A DNA stretch of 64,000 nt from positions 1 through 64,000 of IMG/VR virus record IMGVR_UViG_3300032092_000004; one strand, given 5' to 3'. The stretch comes from a virus. The notes beneath the pieces were generated by a model, which saw only the letters and a program-made list of their open reading frames with translations, had not been told where the DNA came from and ran no database searches. Below, piece by piece: positions 1 to 9,541 of this stretch. Made by a program: the position numbers and the translations under genes. Within the stretch, counting starts at the first letter, position 1. Each line of letters opens with the position of its first letter.

Positions 1-28
1 AATGTAAAGTTTTTACTAAAAACTCGAA

Positions 29-36
29 TATTTATA
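29..36 (+). promoter_or_regulatory. TATTTAT(A) motif, putative late promoter (first of ~15 copies)
   Basis: The same heptamer recurs within ~40 nt upstream of most structural gene starts; see findings. Confidence 0.6.
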
Positions 37-67
37 GGTAAAATAAATAAGTAAAGACATTTTAAAC

Positions 68-3000
68 ATGGCAACAAACAGTAAAGTTTTCGTTTCACCT
101 GGTGTTTATACTTCTGAAGTAGATTTGAGCTTTGTTGCTCAGAGCGTCGGGGTAACAACATTAGGTATCGTAGGTGAAACTTTGATAGGACCAGCTTTTG
201 AACCGATTTTTATTACAAATTTTGATGAGTTCCAAACAGTATTTGGAGGTACTTCACCAGAAAAATTTGTTAATACACAAATCCCAAAGTATGAAGCGGC
301 TTACATTGCAAAAGCATATCTACAACAATCTAATCAATTATTTGTAACAAGAATCTTAGGATTATCGGGTTACGATGCAGGACCATCTTGGTCAATAACC
401 ACAGTCGCTAACGTAAATCCATCAACTATTGATGTTTGGTGTTTAAGTTCCGTAACTGACCCAACAACTTGTGTTACAACATGTGTAACACCTAAAGAAC
501 TTACATTTACAGTTCCATTTACTGCTTGTACAAATTCAACAACAACAATAGGATTCCAAGCAAATTTCCCATCAATCATTCAAGATATAATCACAGAGCA
601 ATACGAAGAGTTTAACGGTAATACTTCTACATTAGAAACTCAAATTAATAATTTAATTTTTAATGTAATAACAAATAATAACCCTTATCTTGCGGAAGAT
701 GAACAAATTGCTTACTTTGGTTCTATTGCAACTAATGATTATAACACATTAAATGGTGCAGGATGGACTGCGGAAACAAACGTATTTAATGTTCCATCAG
801 TTTCTTTGGATGCTACTGATTTATTATCACCTTTAAATGACTCTTGGTATTACGCTTTATTTAGTAATACAGGTAATACAAATTACACAGGATATTCATT
901 CTCAACTTTGGTATCAGGTTTAACAGCTTATTATCCAAATCCAACACCTACACCTCAATCATCATCAACACCAACGCCCACACCATCGGCAGCAAATCCT
1001 TGTATTACACCGTCACCTTTTGTGTCACCAACACCTACACCTACACCTGTTAACATTGATTGTTATTCAGGAACTATTGTTGGTAAAATTTATTACTACA
1101 CAGGAACATCATATGTTGATTACGATAATGTTGTTGTTGCGACTTTAAGATCAAGAGGTATTGCAACTTATACAAACTCAACTAATCCAGCATACTCAGT
1201 AACTGCAACGACAGATGCTAGTTTAGATATGACAGGTAAATACGCAGGAGTTCTTAAAAACCCATACTTAACATTCGCAGTTAACTGTACTGATAAGTTT
1301 GGTCAAAACTTTACATTCGAAACTTCATTAACTCAAAATGATCCTGAGTATATTAGTAAAGTATTTGGAATTGCAAACTTCCAAAAACCAAGAATTGAAG
1401 TTCCTTTATTTAATGAGGAAGTATTCCAATCTTGGTTAAACTATTCTTGGAAAAAAGGATATGTTAGAGGTTTAAATCCAAACTTCATAGAATTAGACTC
1501 CGCTCAAAGTGGTGATCCTAACTCAATTGGTTGGTATTTGGATAGATATCAAACACCTAATTCACCTTGGGTTGTATCAGAATTAAGGGGTAATAAAGTT
1601 TACGACCTATTCAGATTCTACACAATTTCTGATGGTGATGGGGCAAATACATTGATTAAAGTTTCAATTATAAATCAAACTTATAACAACTTAACGTTTG
1701 ATGTATTAATTCGTGATTATTTTGATACAGATGCAAACCCTGTAGTTCTTGAGAAATTTACAAACTGTACGATGGATCCAGGACAAAACAACTTTATCGC
1801 AAATAAAGTTGGTACATTAGATGGAGAATACGCATTGAATTCTAAATACGTAATGGTTGAAATGAATGAGGATGCACCAATCGACGCACTTCCTTGTGGG
1901 TTCAACGGATTCAACTTTAGAAATTATGCGGGAGCTCAATCACCATTCCCAATTATTAAAGGTAAATATGACTTCCCTGGTGAAGTGATCTATAACCCAC
2001 CATTTGGTTTATCTTCAGGTAATGATGATGCATTAGTAAGCCCGGGAGATAATGTTAGAAGAACATACTTAGGTATATCTAATAGTTTAGGATGGGATGC
2101 CGCTTACTTCGAATATGTTGGTAAGAGAAATCCTAATAACACTTGTGATATTGATGGATTACCATTCAATTACAGATCGGCAGGTTTCCACATGGATGTA
2201 AACGCAAGTGGTTTAACAATCGGACCTGAGTTCTCAACAAGTGGTGACCCAAGATTTATCTGTGGTAACTCATCATTCATTGCAGAACCAGAACTTCCAA
2301 CAAACGCATACTATAGATTGTTCGCACGTAAATTTACATTCTTAGTACAAGGTGGATTTGACGGATGGGATATCTATAGAGAATGGAGAACTAACGAAGA
2401 CAGATTCCAAATCGGTAGATCAGGATTCCTATTCGGAGCTTGTCCATCTACAAGATACCCACAAGCAACAGGTTGGGGAGCATTTAAAGAAATTTCTTTA
2501 GGTGACGGAACTCAAAACTTCGCAAACACTGACTATTACGCATATTTGTTAGGTCAACAAACATTTGCAAACCCTGAAGCGGTTAACATTAACGTGTTTG
2601 TAACACCGGGTATTGATTATGTGAATAACAGTAACCTTGTTGAAGACGCAGTTAACATAATTGAATTTAACAGAGCTGACTCATTGTATGTTTGTACAAC
2701 ACCCGATATTGACTTATTCGTTCCAACAACAACAGGTGGTGACTATTTTATTTACCCGACTGAAGCGGTTGACAACTTAGAAAATACAGGAATTGACTCT
2801 AACTACACGGCCACTTATTATCCTTGGGTATTGACAAGAGATAGTGTAAACAATACACAAATCTACATCCCACCAACAGCTGAGGTGACAAGAAACTTAG
2901 CGTTGACAGACAACATCGCGTTCCCTTGGTTCGCAGCGGCGGGTTACACTCGTGGTATTGTTAACTGTATTAAAGCACGTAAGAAGTTGACACAAGAAGA

Positions 3001-3418
3001 TAGAGACATCCTTTACGTAGGTAGAATTAACCCAATCGCAACCTTCTCTGACGTAGGTACAGTAATTTGGGGTAACAAAACTCTACAAGTAAGAGAATCG
3101 GCTCTTGACAGAATCAACGTTAGAAGATTGTTGTTACAAGCTCGTAAATTGATTTCAGCGGTATCTGTAAGATTATTGTTTGAACAAAACGATTCACAAG
3201 TAAGACAAGACTTCTTAAATGCTGTTAACCCAATCTTAGATGCGATCAGAAGAGATCGTGGTTTATATGACTTCCGAGTTACAGTTTCTTCAGATCCTGA
3301 GGATTTAGATAGAAACCAAATGACAGGTAAGATTTATATCAAACCAACAAGATCACTTGAATTTATCGACATCACATTCTACATCACTCCAACAGGAGCA
3401 TCGTTTGAGAATATATAA
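68..3418 (+). CDS. Contractile tail sheath protein (T4 gp18-like) with a large inserted surface domain
   Basis: N-terminal FVSPGVYTSEVDLS and C-terminal ATYYPWV...PWFAAAGYTRG...INPI...WGNKTLQ...LDRINVRRLL...IKPTRSLEFIDITF are classic sheath signatures; lies upstream of the tube gene. Confidence 0.96.
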   Translation: MATNSKVFVSPGVYTSEVDLSFVAQSVGVTTLGIVGETLIGPAFEPIFITNFDEFQTVFGGTSPEKFVNTQIPKYEAAYIAKAYLQQSNQLFVTRILGLSGYDAGPSWSITTVANVNPSTIDVWCLSSVTDPTTCVTTCVTPKELTFTVPFTACTNSTTTIGFQANFPSIIQDIITEQYEEFNGNTSTLETQINNLIFNVITNNNPYLAEDEQIAYFGSIATNDYNTLNGAGWTAETNVFNVPSVSLDATDLLSPLNDSWYYALFSNTGNTNYTGYSFSTLVSGLTAYYPNPTPTPQSSSTPTPTPSAANPCITPSPFVSPTPTPTPVNIDCYSGTIVGKIYYYTGTSYVDYDNVVVATLRSRGIATYTNSTNPAYSVTATTDASLDMTGKYAGVLKNPYLTFAVNCTDKFGQNFTFETSLTQNDPEYISKVFGIANFQKPRIEVPLFNEEVFQSWLNYSWKKGYVRGLNPNFIELDSAQSGDPNSIGWYLDRYQTPNSPWVVSELRGNKVYDLFRFYTISDGDGANTLIKVSIINQTYNNLTFDVLIRDYFDTDANPVVLEKFTNCTMDPGQNNFIANKVGTLDGEYALNSKYVMVEMNEDAPIDALPCGFNGFNFRNYAGAQSPFPIIKGKYDFPGEVIYNPPFGLSSGNDDALVSPGDNVRRTYLGISNSLGWDAAYFEYVGKRNPNNTCDIDGLPFNYRSAGFHMDVNASGLTIGPEFSTSGDPRFICGNSSFIAEPELPTNAYYRLFARKFTFLVQGGFDGWDIYREWRTNEDRFQIGRSGFLFGACPSTRYPQATGWGAFKEISLGDGTQNFANTDYYAYLLGQQTFANPEAVNINVFVTPGIDYVNNSNLVEDAVNIIEFNRADSLYVCTTPDIDLFVPTTTGGDYFIYPTEAVDNLENTGIDSNYTATYYPWVLTRDSVNNTQIYIPPTAEVTRNLALTDNIAFPWFAAAGYTRGIVNCIKARKKLTQEDRDILYVGRINPIATFSDVGTVIWGNKTLQVRESALDRINVRRLLLQARKLISAVSVRLLFEQNDSQVRQDFLNAVNPILDAIRRDRGLYDFRVTVSSDPEDLDRNQMTGKIYIKPTRSLEFIDITFYITPTGASFENI
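935..1048 (+). repeat. Pro/Thr-rich mucin-like coding repeat in the sheath
   Basis: Encodes PNPTPTPQSSSTPTPTPSAANPCITPSPFVSPTPTPTP. Confidence 0.9.
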
Positions 3419-3438
3419 GTTGGTTTATTATTCATACG

Positions 3439-3470
3439 AAAAGGGGGGACGGAAGTTTCCCCTTTTTTTT
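3439..3470 (+). terminator. Intrinsic terminator after the sheath gene
   Basis: AAAAGGGGGGAC-GGAA-GTTTCCCCTTTT hairpin (with G:U pairs, GNRA loop) followed by a T-tract. Confidence 0.8.
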
Positions 3471-3503
3471 GTTTAACAAGATATTTATCTAATAAAATAT
3501 AAA

Positions 3504-6500
3504 ATGTCTTCAGTTTATTGCTCAACATGTAACGGTACCCAAGAAAGCTGGGTTAATATCGGTGATTTACCATTTAATTATCCTAGTCTAACACCAAATG
3601 ATTCATTCATCGTAGGTGATGGGTTTGATGATATTATTCTATCAACAGTAATTCAATCAGACGGAAAGATATTAGTTGGTGGTGGTTTTACATCATATAG
3701 TGGGGTATCTAAAAATAGAATTATTAAATTAAACTCTGATGGATCAATAGATTCTAGTTTTGTAACTGGCTTAGGGTTTGACGGTAGTGTTAGGGATATT
3801 GAAGTTCAGTCGGATGGAAAAATACTAGTTGTTGGGGGGTTTACAGAATATAGCGGAGTTTCTTATGGTGGAATTATTAGGTTAAATACTGATGGTTCTA
3901 TTGACAATAGTTTTGTTATTGGAACTGGATTTAATGGTGATGTTTATACAATTGAATTACAATCGGATGGAAAAATATTAGTTGGTGGTGAATATAATGA
4001 ATATAGTGGAGTTTCTTCTAATTATATAATTAGATTAAACTCTGATGGATCAATAGATTCTAGTTTTGTTATTGGTACCGGATTTAATCAGGTTGTTCTT
4101 ACAATTGAATTACAATCGGATGGAAAAATATTAGTTGGTGGTAATTTTACATTATACAGTGGAATATCTAATAATTACATTGTTAGATTAAATACCGATG
4201 GATCTGTTGATAATAGTTTTGTTATTGGTAGTGGATTTAATAACATTGTTTATTCAATACAAATACAATCAGATGGTAAAATAGTGGTTGGTGGTGATTT
4301 TGGTGAGTATAGTGGTTTAACTTATGATAAAATTATAAGATTAAACTCTAATGGAACAATAGATTCTAGTTTTGTTATTGGTAGTGGATTTAATCGTAGC
4401 GTAAATTCATTAAAAATATTATCAGATGGAAAAATAGCTGTCGGAGGATATTTTGGAGAATATGATGGTACGACAAGTCCGGGAATTGTTTTATTAAATA
4501 ACGACGGGTCTTTATTTAATCTATATGTTGGGACTGGTTTTAATAATTCACCTTATAGTATATCCGAAACAAATAATGGTAATATTTTAGTTGGCGGTGA
4601 ATTTAATCAGTTTAACGTAACTAACTCAAATTACATAATAATGTTAGACATTAATTTAAGTTTATCGTCTTATAGAACCACAAATCAACTTTGTGTTTAT
4701 CCGATAAGTGGATTTACGTACAATGGAAATTTGGTTTTTGATGCTTTTAATAATCAAATATTAAATAGTTATGTAAACACAATACAAATACAACCAGATG
4801 GTAAAGCACTTGTTGGTGGAGCTTTTACAAATTACATTATTAGATTATTTCCGGATGGATCCATTGACCCAACATTTAATGTTGGTTCAGGTTTTAACGG
4901 TATAGTATATAAAATAAAAATACTTGATAATGGAAAAATACTAGTTGGTGGTGAATTTACTTCTTATAATGGATATTCGTCAAACTATATTGCAAGATTA
5001 AATTCAGATGGTTCATTTGATGAAACTTTTGGTATTGGAACTGGTTTTAATAATATATTAAGAGATATTGAGGTATTACCTGACGGTAGAATATTATGCG
5101 GAGGTGACTTTACCACATTTGATGTACTTTTTAGTATTGGTAATGGATTTAATAATAGTGTTATTACAATACAAATACAACCGGACGGAAAGATATTAGT
5201 TGGAGGTAACTTTACAACTTATAGTGGTGTATCTATAAATAATATTATAAGATTAAACACTGATGGATCAATAGATAATAGTTTTGTTATTGGTACTGGA
5301 TTTAATAGTACTGTTTTGTCAATTGAATTACAATCAGACGGAAAGATATTAGTTGGTGGTATATTTACATCATATAGTGGTGTATCTAGAAATAGAATTA
5401 TTAGATTAAATACTGATGGATCTGTTGATACTAGTTTTGTTATTGGAACCGGATTTGATAATTTTATTTTTTCAATTGAATTACAATCAGACGGAAAGAT
5501 ATTAGTTGGTGGTTTCTTCACATCTTATAGTGGTGTATCTAGAAATAGAATTATTAGATTAAACACTGATGGATCAATAGATAATAGTTTTGTTATTGGT
5601 ACTGGATTTAATAGTACTGTATTTGACATTGAACTACAATCAGACGGGAAGATATTAGCGGGTGGAGCATTTACATCTTATAGTGGTGTATCTAGAAATT
5701 TTATTATTAGATTAAATACTGACGGATCTATTGACACTAGTTTTGTTATTGGTGCGGGGTTTAATAATGTTGTTTACTCAATCGCAACCCAATCAGATGG
5801 GAAGATATTAGCGGGTGGCGACTTTACATCATATAGTGGAGTATCTAGTAATAGAATTATTAGATTAAACACAGACGGGTCTATTGACACTAGTTTTGTT
5901 ATTGGTACTGGATTTAATAGTATTGTCACATCAATCGCATTACAATCAGACGGAAAGATATTAGTTGTTGGATGGTTTTCATCATATAGTGGTGTATCTA
6001 GAAATAGTATTATTAGATTAAATAGCGATGGATCAATAGATGTTAGTTTTGTTATTGGCACTGGATTTAATGGTCAGGTAAGTATAATTACATTACAACC
6101 TGACGGAAAAATGTTAGTTGGTGGTGCATTCAGTTCTTATAGTGGATATTATTCACCCCGTTTAATAAGATTAAGAACAAACGGATCAATAGATGCCGAT
6201 CAATGTAATAAAATATCGTTACTAACTGAAAATGGTAATTTTGATAATAGTTTTGTTATTGGAACTGGATTTAATAGTCGGGTAAATACCATAACATTAC
6301 AATCAGACGGAAAGATATTAGTTGGTGGCGACTTTACATCATATAGTGGAGTATCTAGTAATAGAATTATTAGATTAAACACAGACGGGTCTATTGACAA
6401 CAGTTTTAGTATTGGGTTAGGATTCGATTCCCAACCTCTTGATCTTGTGTTACAAGCGGACGGAAAGATACTAGTTGGTGGTATATTTACATCATATAGT

Positions 6501-7070
6501 GGTGTATCTAGAAATTATATAATTAGATTAAATACCGATGGTTCTGTTGACACTAGTTTTGTTATTGGTACTGGATTTGATAATTTTGTCTCTGTAATGG
6601 ATTTACAATCAGACGGAAAGATATTAGTTGTTGGTGGTTTTACATCGTATAGTGGGGTATCTAGTAATAGGATAATTAGGTTAAACACAGATGCGTCTGT
6701 TGATGATAGTTTTGTTATTGGTAGTGGATTTAACGATACTGTTCAGGATATTTCGGTACAACCGGACGGAAAGATATTAGTTGGTGGTTACTTTACCACA
6801 TTTGACTTTATCTCCAGATATTATATTGCGGAACTTTATACGGAAGGAACAACCCCAATTGAATTATCTAGTTTTCTTGAATTCTCTTCTTGTACGGAAT
6901 GTTTTAACTTCACAATTAACTCTGGAGACGAATACTTGATGTGTGAAGTTTGTAATGGTGATACCTTCACTGTAAACCCACCTCACCCGGTATGGACAAA
7001 CAATTATGGAACCGCAGTTACAATATTAGATGCTATCGTTTTAGGTGGCCCGAATGGATTAAATAATTAA
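3504..7070 (+). CDS. Delta-60-type repeat beta-propeller protein (21 repeats of ~51 aa) in a Cys-rich scaffold; probably virion-associated
   Basis: Repeat unit FVIGTGFNxxVxxIxLQSDGKILVGGxFTSYSGVSRNRIIRLNTDGSIDxS; CxxC motifs at both ends; TATTTAT upstream; next to the sheath gene. Confidence 0.85.
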   Translation: MSSVYCSTCNGTQESWVNIGDLPFNYPSLTPNDSFIVGDGFDDIILSTVIQSDGKILVGGGFTSYSGVSKNRIIKLNSDGSIDSSFVTGLGFDGSVRDIEVQSDGKILVVGGFTEYSGVSYGGIIRLNTDGSIDNSFVIGTGFNGDVYTIELQSDGKILVGGEYNEYSGVSSNYIIRLNSDGSIDSSFVIGTGFNQVVLTIELQSDGKILVGGNFTLYSGISNNYIVRLNTDGSVDNSFVIGSGFNNIVYSIQIQSDGKIVVGGDFGEYSGLTYDKIIRLNSNGTIDSSFVIGSGFNRSVNSLKILSDGKIAVGGYFGEYDGTTSPGIVLLNNDGSLFNLYVGTGFNNSPYSISETNNGNILVGGEFNQFNVTNSNYIIMLDINLSLSSYRTTNQLCVYPISGFTYNGNLVFDAFNNQILNSYVNTIQIQPDGKALVGGAFTNYIIRLFPDGSIDPTFNVGSGFNGIVYKIKILDNGKILVGGEFTSYNGYSSNYIARLNSDGSFDETFGIGTGFNNILRDIEVLPDGRILCGGDFTTFDVLFSIGNGFNNSVITIQIQPDGKILVGGNFTTYSGVSINNIIRLNTDGSIDNSFVIGTGFNSTVLSIELQSDGKILVGGIFTSYSGVSRNRIIRLNTDGSVDTSFVIGTGFDNFIFSIELQSDGKILVGGFFTSYSGVSRNRIIRLNTDGSIDNSFVIGTGFNSTVFDIELQSDGKILAGGAFTSYSGVSRNFIIRLNTDGSIDTSFVIGAGFNNVVYSIATQSDGKILAGGDFTSYSGVSSNRIIRLNTDGSIDTSFVIGTGFNSIVTSIALQSDGKILVVGWFSSYSGVSRNSIIRLNSDGSIDVSFVIGTGFNGQVSIITLQPDGKMLVGGAFSSYSGYYSPRLIRLRTNGSIDADQCNKISLLTENGNFDNSFVIGTGFNSRVNTITLQSDGKILVGGDFTSYSGVSSNRIIRLNTDGSIDNSFSIGLGFDSQPLDLVLQADGKILVGGIFTSYSGVSRNYIIRLNTDGSVDTSFVIGTGFDNFVSVMDLQSDGKILVVGGFTSYSGVSSNRIIRLNTDASVDDSFVIGSGFNDTVQDISVQPDGKILVGGYFTTFDFISRYYIAELYTEGTTPIELSSFLEFSSCTECFNFTINSGDEYLMCEVCNGDTFTVNPPHPVWTNNYGTAVTILDAIVLGGPNGLNN

Positions 7071-7095
7071 ATTAAAAAAATAAGTATTTATTTAT

Positions 7096-7926
7096 ATGAA
7101 TTACAAAAAAATTGTTAAACAGATTATTTCAGAGATCATTCACGATCAGATGAAACCCACAATGAAGTATTATGCTTTTGATTGGGATGATAATCTTATG
7201 TATATGCCGACAAAAATTTATCTTTTAGATGATAAAGGAAAAACTGTTGGTATGTCTACGGAAGATTTTGCAGAGTATAGAACTGAGATAGGTAAAGAAC
7301 CATTTGAATACGAGGGGCATACTATTGTAAATTTTGATAAAGATGCCTTTAGAGACTTTAGAGTACCGGGAGATAAGGCTTTTATTAGTGACGCTATGAA
7401 AGCAGAAACAGGACCAGCTTGGAGTGACTTTGTTGAGGCGGTTAATAATGGGTCTATATTTTCGATCATCACAGCAAGAGGACACACCCCTTCGGTACTT
7501 AAAAATGCTGTTTACAACTTAATTAAGAAGAACAAACACGGATTAAGTGAAAAAGAACTTGTTAAAAATCTTAAAAAATATAGAGATTTAGCAGATGAAG
7601 AAGATTTGTCTGATGATGAATTGGTTAGAGCTTATTTAGATATGAATAAGTATCATCCTGTAAGTTTTGGTGAAGGTTCAGCTGCGAATCCTGAGGAACT
7701 TAAAGTGAAAGCAATGAGAGAGTTTATGACATATGTTCAAGACTTATCAAGAAAATTACAAGAAAAAGCCTTTATGAAAAATAAAATAAGTAATTACTTT
7801 ATACCTTATATTGGTTTTTCAGATGATGATTTAAGAAACGTTCAAGCAATGAAGAAACATTTTGATGATGAATCTGGATTAGATATTTATCATACAGGAG
7901 GAGGTAAAAAAACTAAATTTGAATAA
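7096..7926 (+). CDS. HAD-superfamily phosphatase-like protein
   Basis: Motif I FDWDDNL, motif II IITARG, a Lys in LKVKA, motif IV GFSDDD. Confidence 0.7.
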   Translation: MNYKKIVKQIISEIIHDQMKPTMKYYAFDWDDNLMYMPTKIYLLDDKGKTVGMSTEDFAEYRTEIGKEPFEYEGHTIVNFDKDAFRDFRVPGDKAFISDAMKAETGPAWSDFVEAVNNGSIFSIITARGHTPSVLKNAVYNLIKKNKHGLSEKELVKNLKKYRDLADEEDLSDDELVRAYLDMNKYHPVSFGEGSAANPEELKVKAMREFMTYVQDLSRKLQEKAFMKNKISNYFIPYIGFSDDDLRNVQAMKKHFDDESGLDIYHTGGGKKTKFE

Positions 7927-8034
7927 TAACTGGGACTAGTTAAGATATAATTTGAAAAATAATCGAAGTAAATAGAAAAATTTTTATTTCATAGTATTTA
8001 TAATAAAAATAAAACAAAATTTAAACAATAAGAT

Positions 8035-8523
8035 ATGGCTGATTTATTAATGAAAATGCCGATCCCTTACGAACCGAAAAGGGAGAACCGATGGATTTTG
8101 AGATTTCCATCATCACTTGGTATTAACGAGTGGTATGTAGAAAGTACATCAAGACCAAAACTTACTATTGGATCTAAAGAGATCGAATTTTTAAATACTT
8201 CAACGTTTGTTGCAGGTAGATTTAAATGGGAAGCAATTTCAGTTAAGTTCCGTGACCCTATCGGACCTTCAGCTTCACAAGCTATTATGGAATGGATTCG
8301 TTTATGTGCTGAGTCGGTAACAGGACGTATGGGTTACGCTGCGGGGTACAAAAAGAATGTCGACCTTGAGATGTTGGATCCAACAGGGGTAGTTGTTGAA
8401 AAATGGATATTAGAAGGAGCATTTCTTTTAGGATATGATGGAGGTTCTTTAGCTTACAACTCTGATAATATCGCAGGTATCACATGTCAAATGCAAATGG
8501 ATAGATGTATCTTAGTATACTAA
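8035..8523 (+). CDS. Tail tube protein (T4 gp19-like)
   Basis: YEPKRENRWIL...SRPK...AGRFKWEAISVKFRDPIGP...GYKKNVDLEMLDPTGVVVEKWILEGAF; size and position fit. Confidence 0.92.
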   Translation: MADLLMKMPIPYEPKRENRWILRFPSSLGINEWYVESTSRPKLTIGSKEIEFLNTSTFVAGRFKWEAISVKFRDPIGPSASQAIMEWIRLCAESVTGRMGYAAGYKKNVDLEMLDPTGVVVEKWILEGAFLLGYDGGSLAYNSDNIAGITCQMQMDRCILVY

Positions 8524-8545
8524 TCTAAATAACACTAAAACGTAT

Positions 8546-8578
8546 AACCGTAGACTTTACAGTTTACGGTTTTTTTTT
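8546..8578 (+). terminator. Intrinsic terminator after the tube gene
   Basis: AACCGTAGAC-tttaca-GTTTACGGTT hairpin followed by a T run. Confidence 0.8.
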
Positions 8579-8605
8579 ATTATTTAAGTTGAAATTATAT
8601 ATAAT

Positions 8606-9376
8606 ATGGAACAAAATGAATATACAGTAGGTCACGGTAATTTAAATTTACCTCATGACGTTATAACTCTACCAACACAGGGTATTTTTTACAGATCAAA
8701 AAAGAAAACAGTTAAAGTGGGTTATTTGACTGCGGTTGATGAAAACATACTTTCAGATTACGACGGTACAAGAAATGTTACTGAGTCAATTATTCTACCA
8801 TTGTTAAGAAACAAAGTATATGAAAGAGAAATTAGACCTGAAGAACTCTTAGATGGAGATGTAGAGGCAATTTTATTATTTTTAAGAAACACGGCTTTTG
8901 GACCTGAATACAAATTAACAGTTACAGATCCCTCAACAGATCAAAAGTTTACGGCAACAATCCAATTAGATGAACTTAATTTCAAAAAAACAGAAGTACA
9001 ACCTGATGAAAACGGACTTTTCAATGTGACATTACCTGTATCTAAAAGAAAAGTATCTTTAAAACTATTGTCTTTAACGGATACATTAGAGATCGATAGA
9101 ATCATTAAAAGCTATCCTTCCGATAGAACAGCACCTTCAATTACCACTAAATTAAACAAACACATTGTTACTTTAGATGGGGATGGAGACAGAATTAAAA
9201 TTTCAACATTTGTTGAAACTATGCCTATCGGAGATTCTAAATATATTAGAAGATTCCTTGTTGATAACGAACCAAGATTAGATTTAAGAAAAGAAGTAAT
9301 AGCCCCGTCAGGAGAAAAAGTAATGGTTAACATTGCTTTTGGGGTGGAATTTTTTCGGCCTTTCTTCGCAGTATAA
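8606..9376 (+). CDS. Baseplate hub / tail assembly chaperone (T4 gp26-like)
   Basis: ITLPTQGIFY...YLTAVDENIL...LLDGDVEAILLFLRNTAFG, an internal pseudo-duplication (VTLPVSKRKV), and a C-terminal EFFRP; lies between tube and tape measure. Confidence 0.75.
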   Translation: MEQNEYTVGHGNLNLPHDVITLPTQGIFYRSKKKTVKVGYLTAVDENILSDYDGTRNVTESIILPLLRNKVYEREIRPEELLDGDVEAILLFLRNTAFGPEYKLTVTDPSTDQKFTATIQLDELNFKKTEVQPDENGLFNVTLPVSKRKVSLKLLSLTDTLEIDRIIKSYPSDRTAPSITTKLNKHIVTLDGDGDRIKISTFVETMPIGDSKYIRRFLVDNEPRLDLRKEVIAPSGEKVMVNIAFGVEFFRPFFAV

Positions 9377-9509
9377 GATAACCATATTAGATGAGTTTTA
9401 TTATTTCTCAAAAATTTTCAGAACACAGTACTCTGAGTTCATGTCTTTGCCCACGTATGTAAGAAAATACTTAATTAACAAATATGTTGAAGAAATTGAA
9501 AATAAATAA
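9354..9509 (+). CDS. Unannotated +1-frame extension of the chaperone gene (probable programmed frameshift product; G/GT-like)
   Basis: Open +1 frame FGLSSQYKITILDEFYYFSKIFRTQYSEFMSLPTYVRKYLINKYVEEIENK* with no early ATG; it begins at TTT TTT CGG. Confidence 0.7.
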   Translation, partial: FGLSSQYKITILDEFYYFSKIFRTQYSEFMSLPTYVRKYLINKYVEEIENK

Positions 9510-9541
9510 TTTGATATTTATGAGTAAATAGAATACTAATA

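Noticed and set aside
3600-6840. Regular 153-bp repeats as a CRISPR array or DGR template/variable repeats
   Set aside because: The repeats are in-frame protein repeats without unique spacers. Differences are not adenine-specific by eye, and no reverse transcriptase or cas gene is in the window.
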